DNA of 64,000 nucleotides from Piromyces finnis finn (Eukaryota > Fungi > Neocallimastigomycota), in NCBI GenBank assembly GCA_002104945.1, contig MCFH01000029.1, positions 603,899 to 667,898 on the forward strand, read 5' to 3'. Position numbers and translations under genes: made by a program. This document shows, in pieces, positions 62,892-64,000 of this stretch. Under the pieces are notes generated by a model that saw only the letters and a list, made by a program, of their open reading frames with translations, was not told the DNA's origin and ran no database searches. The stretch's first letter is position 1, and each line of letters starts with the position of its first letter.

Positions 62892-64000
62892 TTTTATTTT
62901 GTTTTTTTTATTTAATTTTCAAAATTAAACTTAATTTTTTTATTTTTTATTAATTTTTTTTATTTTCACTATTTTTTTATTTCTCTACCTAACAAATAAA
63001 AATCTATTCTATTTGTTTATAAAATAAAAAATTATATTTTATTTTGAAAAATAATAGTTTGGGGAATGTTTCTTTTATATACTTTTTTTTTTTTAATATG
63101 ATAAATTTTAATATAATTTTTAATATAAATTTTAGTAATATTAACTTTATTATTATTGAAAAATAAGTTTATTTAGTAATAATATTATTTTTTCTTAATT
63201 TAATGAAATGAACGGATAAAAACTTAAAAAAATAAAAAATGATGTACTAAGGATTATGTATTTAATATTGTATACGTTTATTAATTGAAAAAAGTAGATA
63301 AAATTAATTAATTAAAATAATAATTAATATAGATAACATAAAAGTATTCTTTTAAAGCTATTAATTAAAATTAATATTAACAATAGTTATTATTGAAATA
63401 AACAATTTACATCATTTCATTTTTATAATAATTAATATTCTTAAATAATAAACAATAATGAAATGATTCAATAGATTAAATATAAATAAAATGATTCATT
63501 TCAGTAAAATGAAAAGGAAACACTATTAAATACTCTTATTAATGGAATTTTAATATTTTTTTTCCCAAAAGAAAAAAAATGTATTTTTAATTTTTAAATA
63601 CATAAAAAACTATTCTATAACTTAATGAATAATGTCAACATTTATTGTATACTAAAAGTATCTAAAAGTATTATTAATAAATATATAAAAATGTATGTTA
63701 TTATATGTTATTAATATATTTATTCTATAAAATTAAAACAAATAATACAATAAATATAAAAAAATATGATTAGTTACTTAATATTTAAACTTCAACTATT
63801 ATAAGGTTTTTTGGATGTTAAATGTGATCTTCATACATATTGTTTTAAAATATTATATTATGTATACATTGTTTATTTATATAAATATTTAATTATTATT
63901 ACACAACATAATATATTGATATATTGTTGTAATTGTTGTATTACATTATTTATGTTGACAATTACACAAAACAGGATAATAATAAAATAATTAAATTAAT

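Overview
Very AT-rich, intron-dense eukaryotic DNA, most consistent with an anaerobic gut fungus (Neocallimastigomycota). This is inferred from the AT content, the flagellar SPEF2 gene, and a GH11-CBM1 xylanase with SKTLP-type linker repeats. Bases 1-43 kb hold spliced genes: a divergent Cdc42-like GTPase, SPEF2, two unknown genes, a GDP-mannose transporter, NC2-beta, PMS1-type MutL and a Vps68-like gene. This part also contains a tRNA-headed, poly(A)-tailed SINE-like insertion with a 13-bp TSD and three small inverted-repeat or structured islands. Bases 44.2-60.5 kb are a nested retrotransposon cluster, all on the minus strand. A near full-length single-ORF APE-RT LINE (copy A) is split by an intact Ty1/copia element with identical LTRs, a 5-bp TSD and a PBS matching the 5' half of tRNA-Lys(CUU). 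Copy A is capped at its 5' end by tandem structured repeats and two out-of-order LINE fragments, and a second, younger 5'-truncated LINE (copy B) inserted into one of those fragments. The window ends with a GH11 xylanase whose linker holds 38 heptapeptide repeats. All coordinates, splice models and base-pairings were derived by eye; no database searches or folding programs were run.
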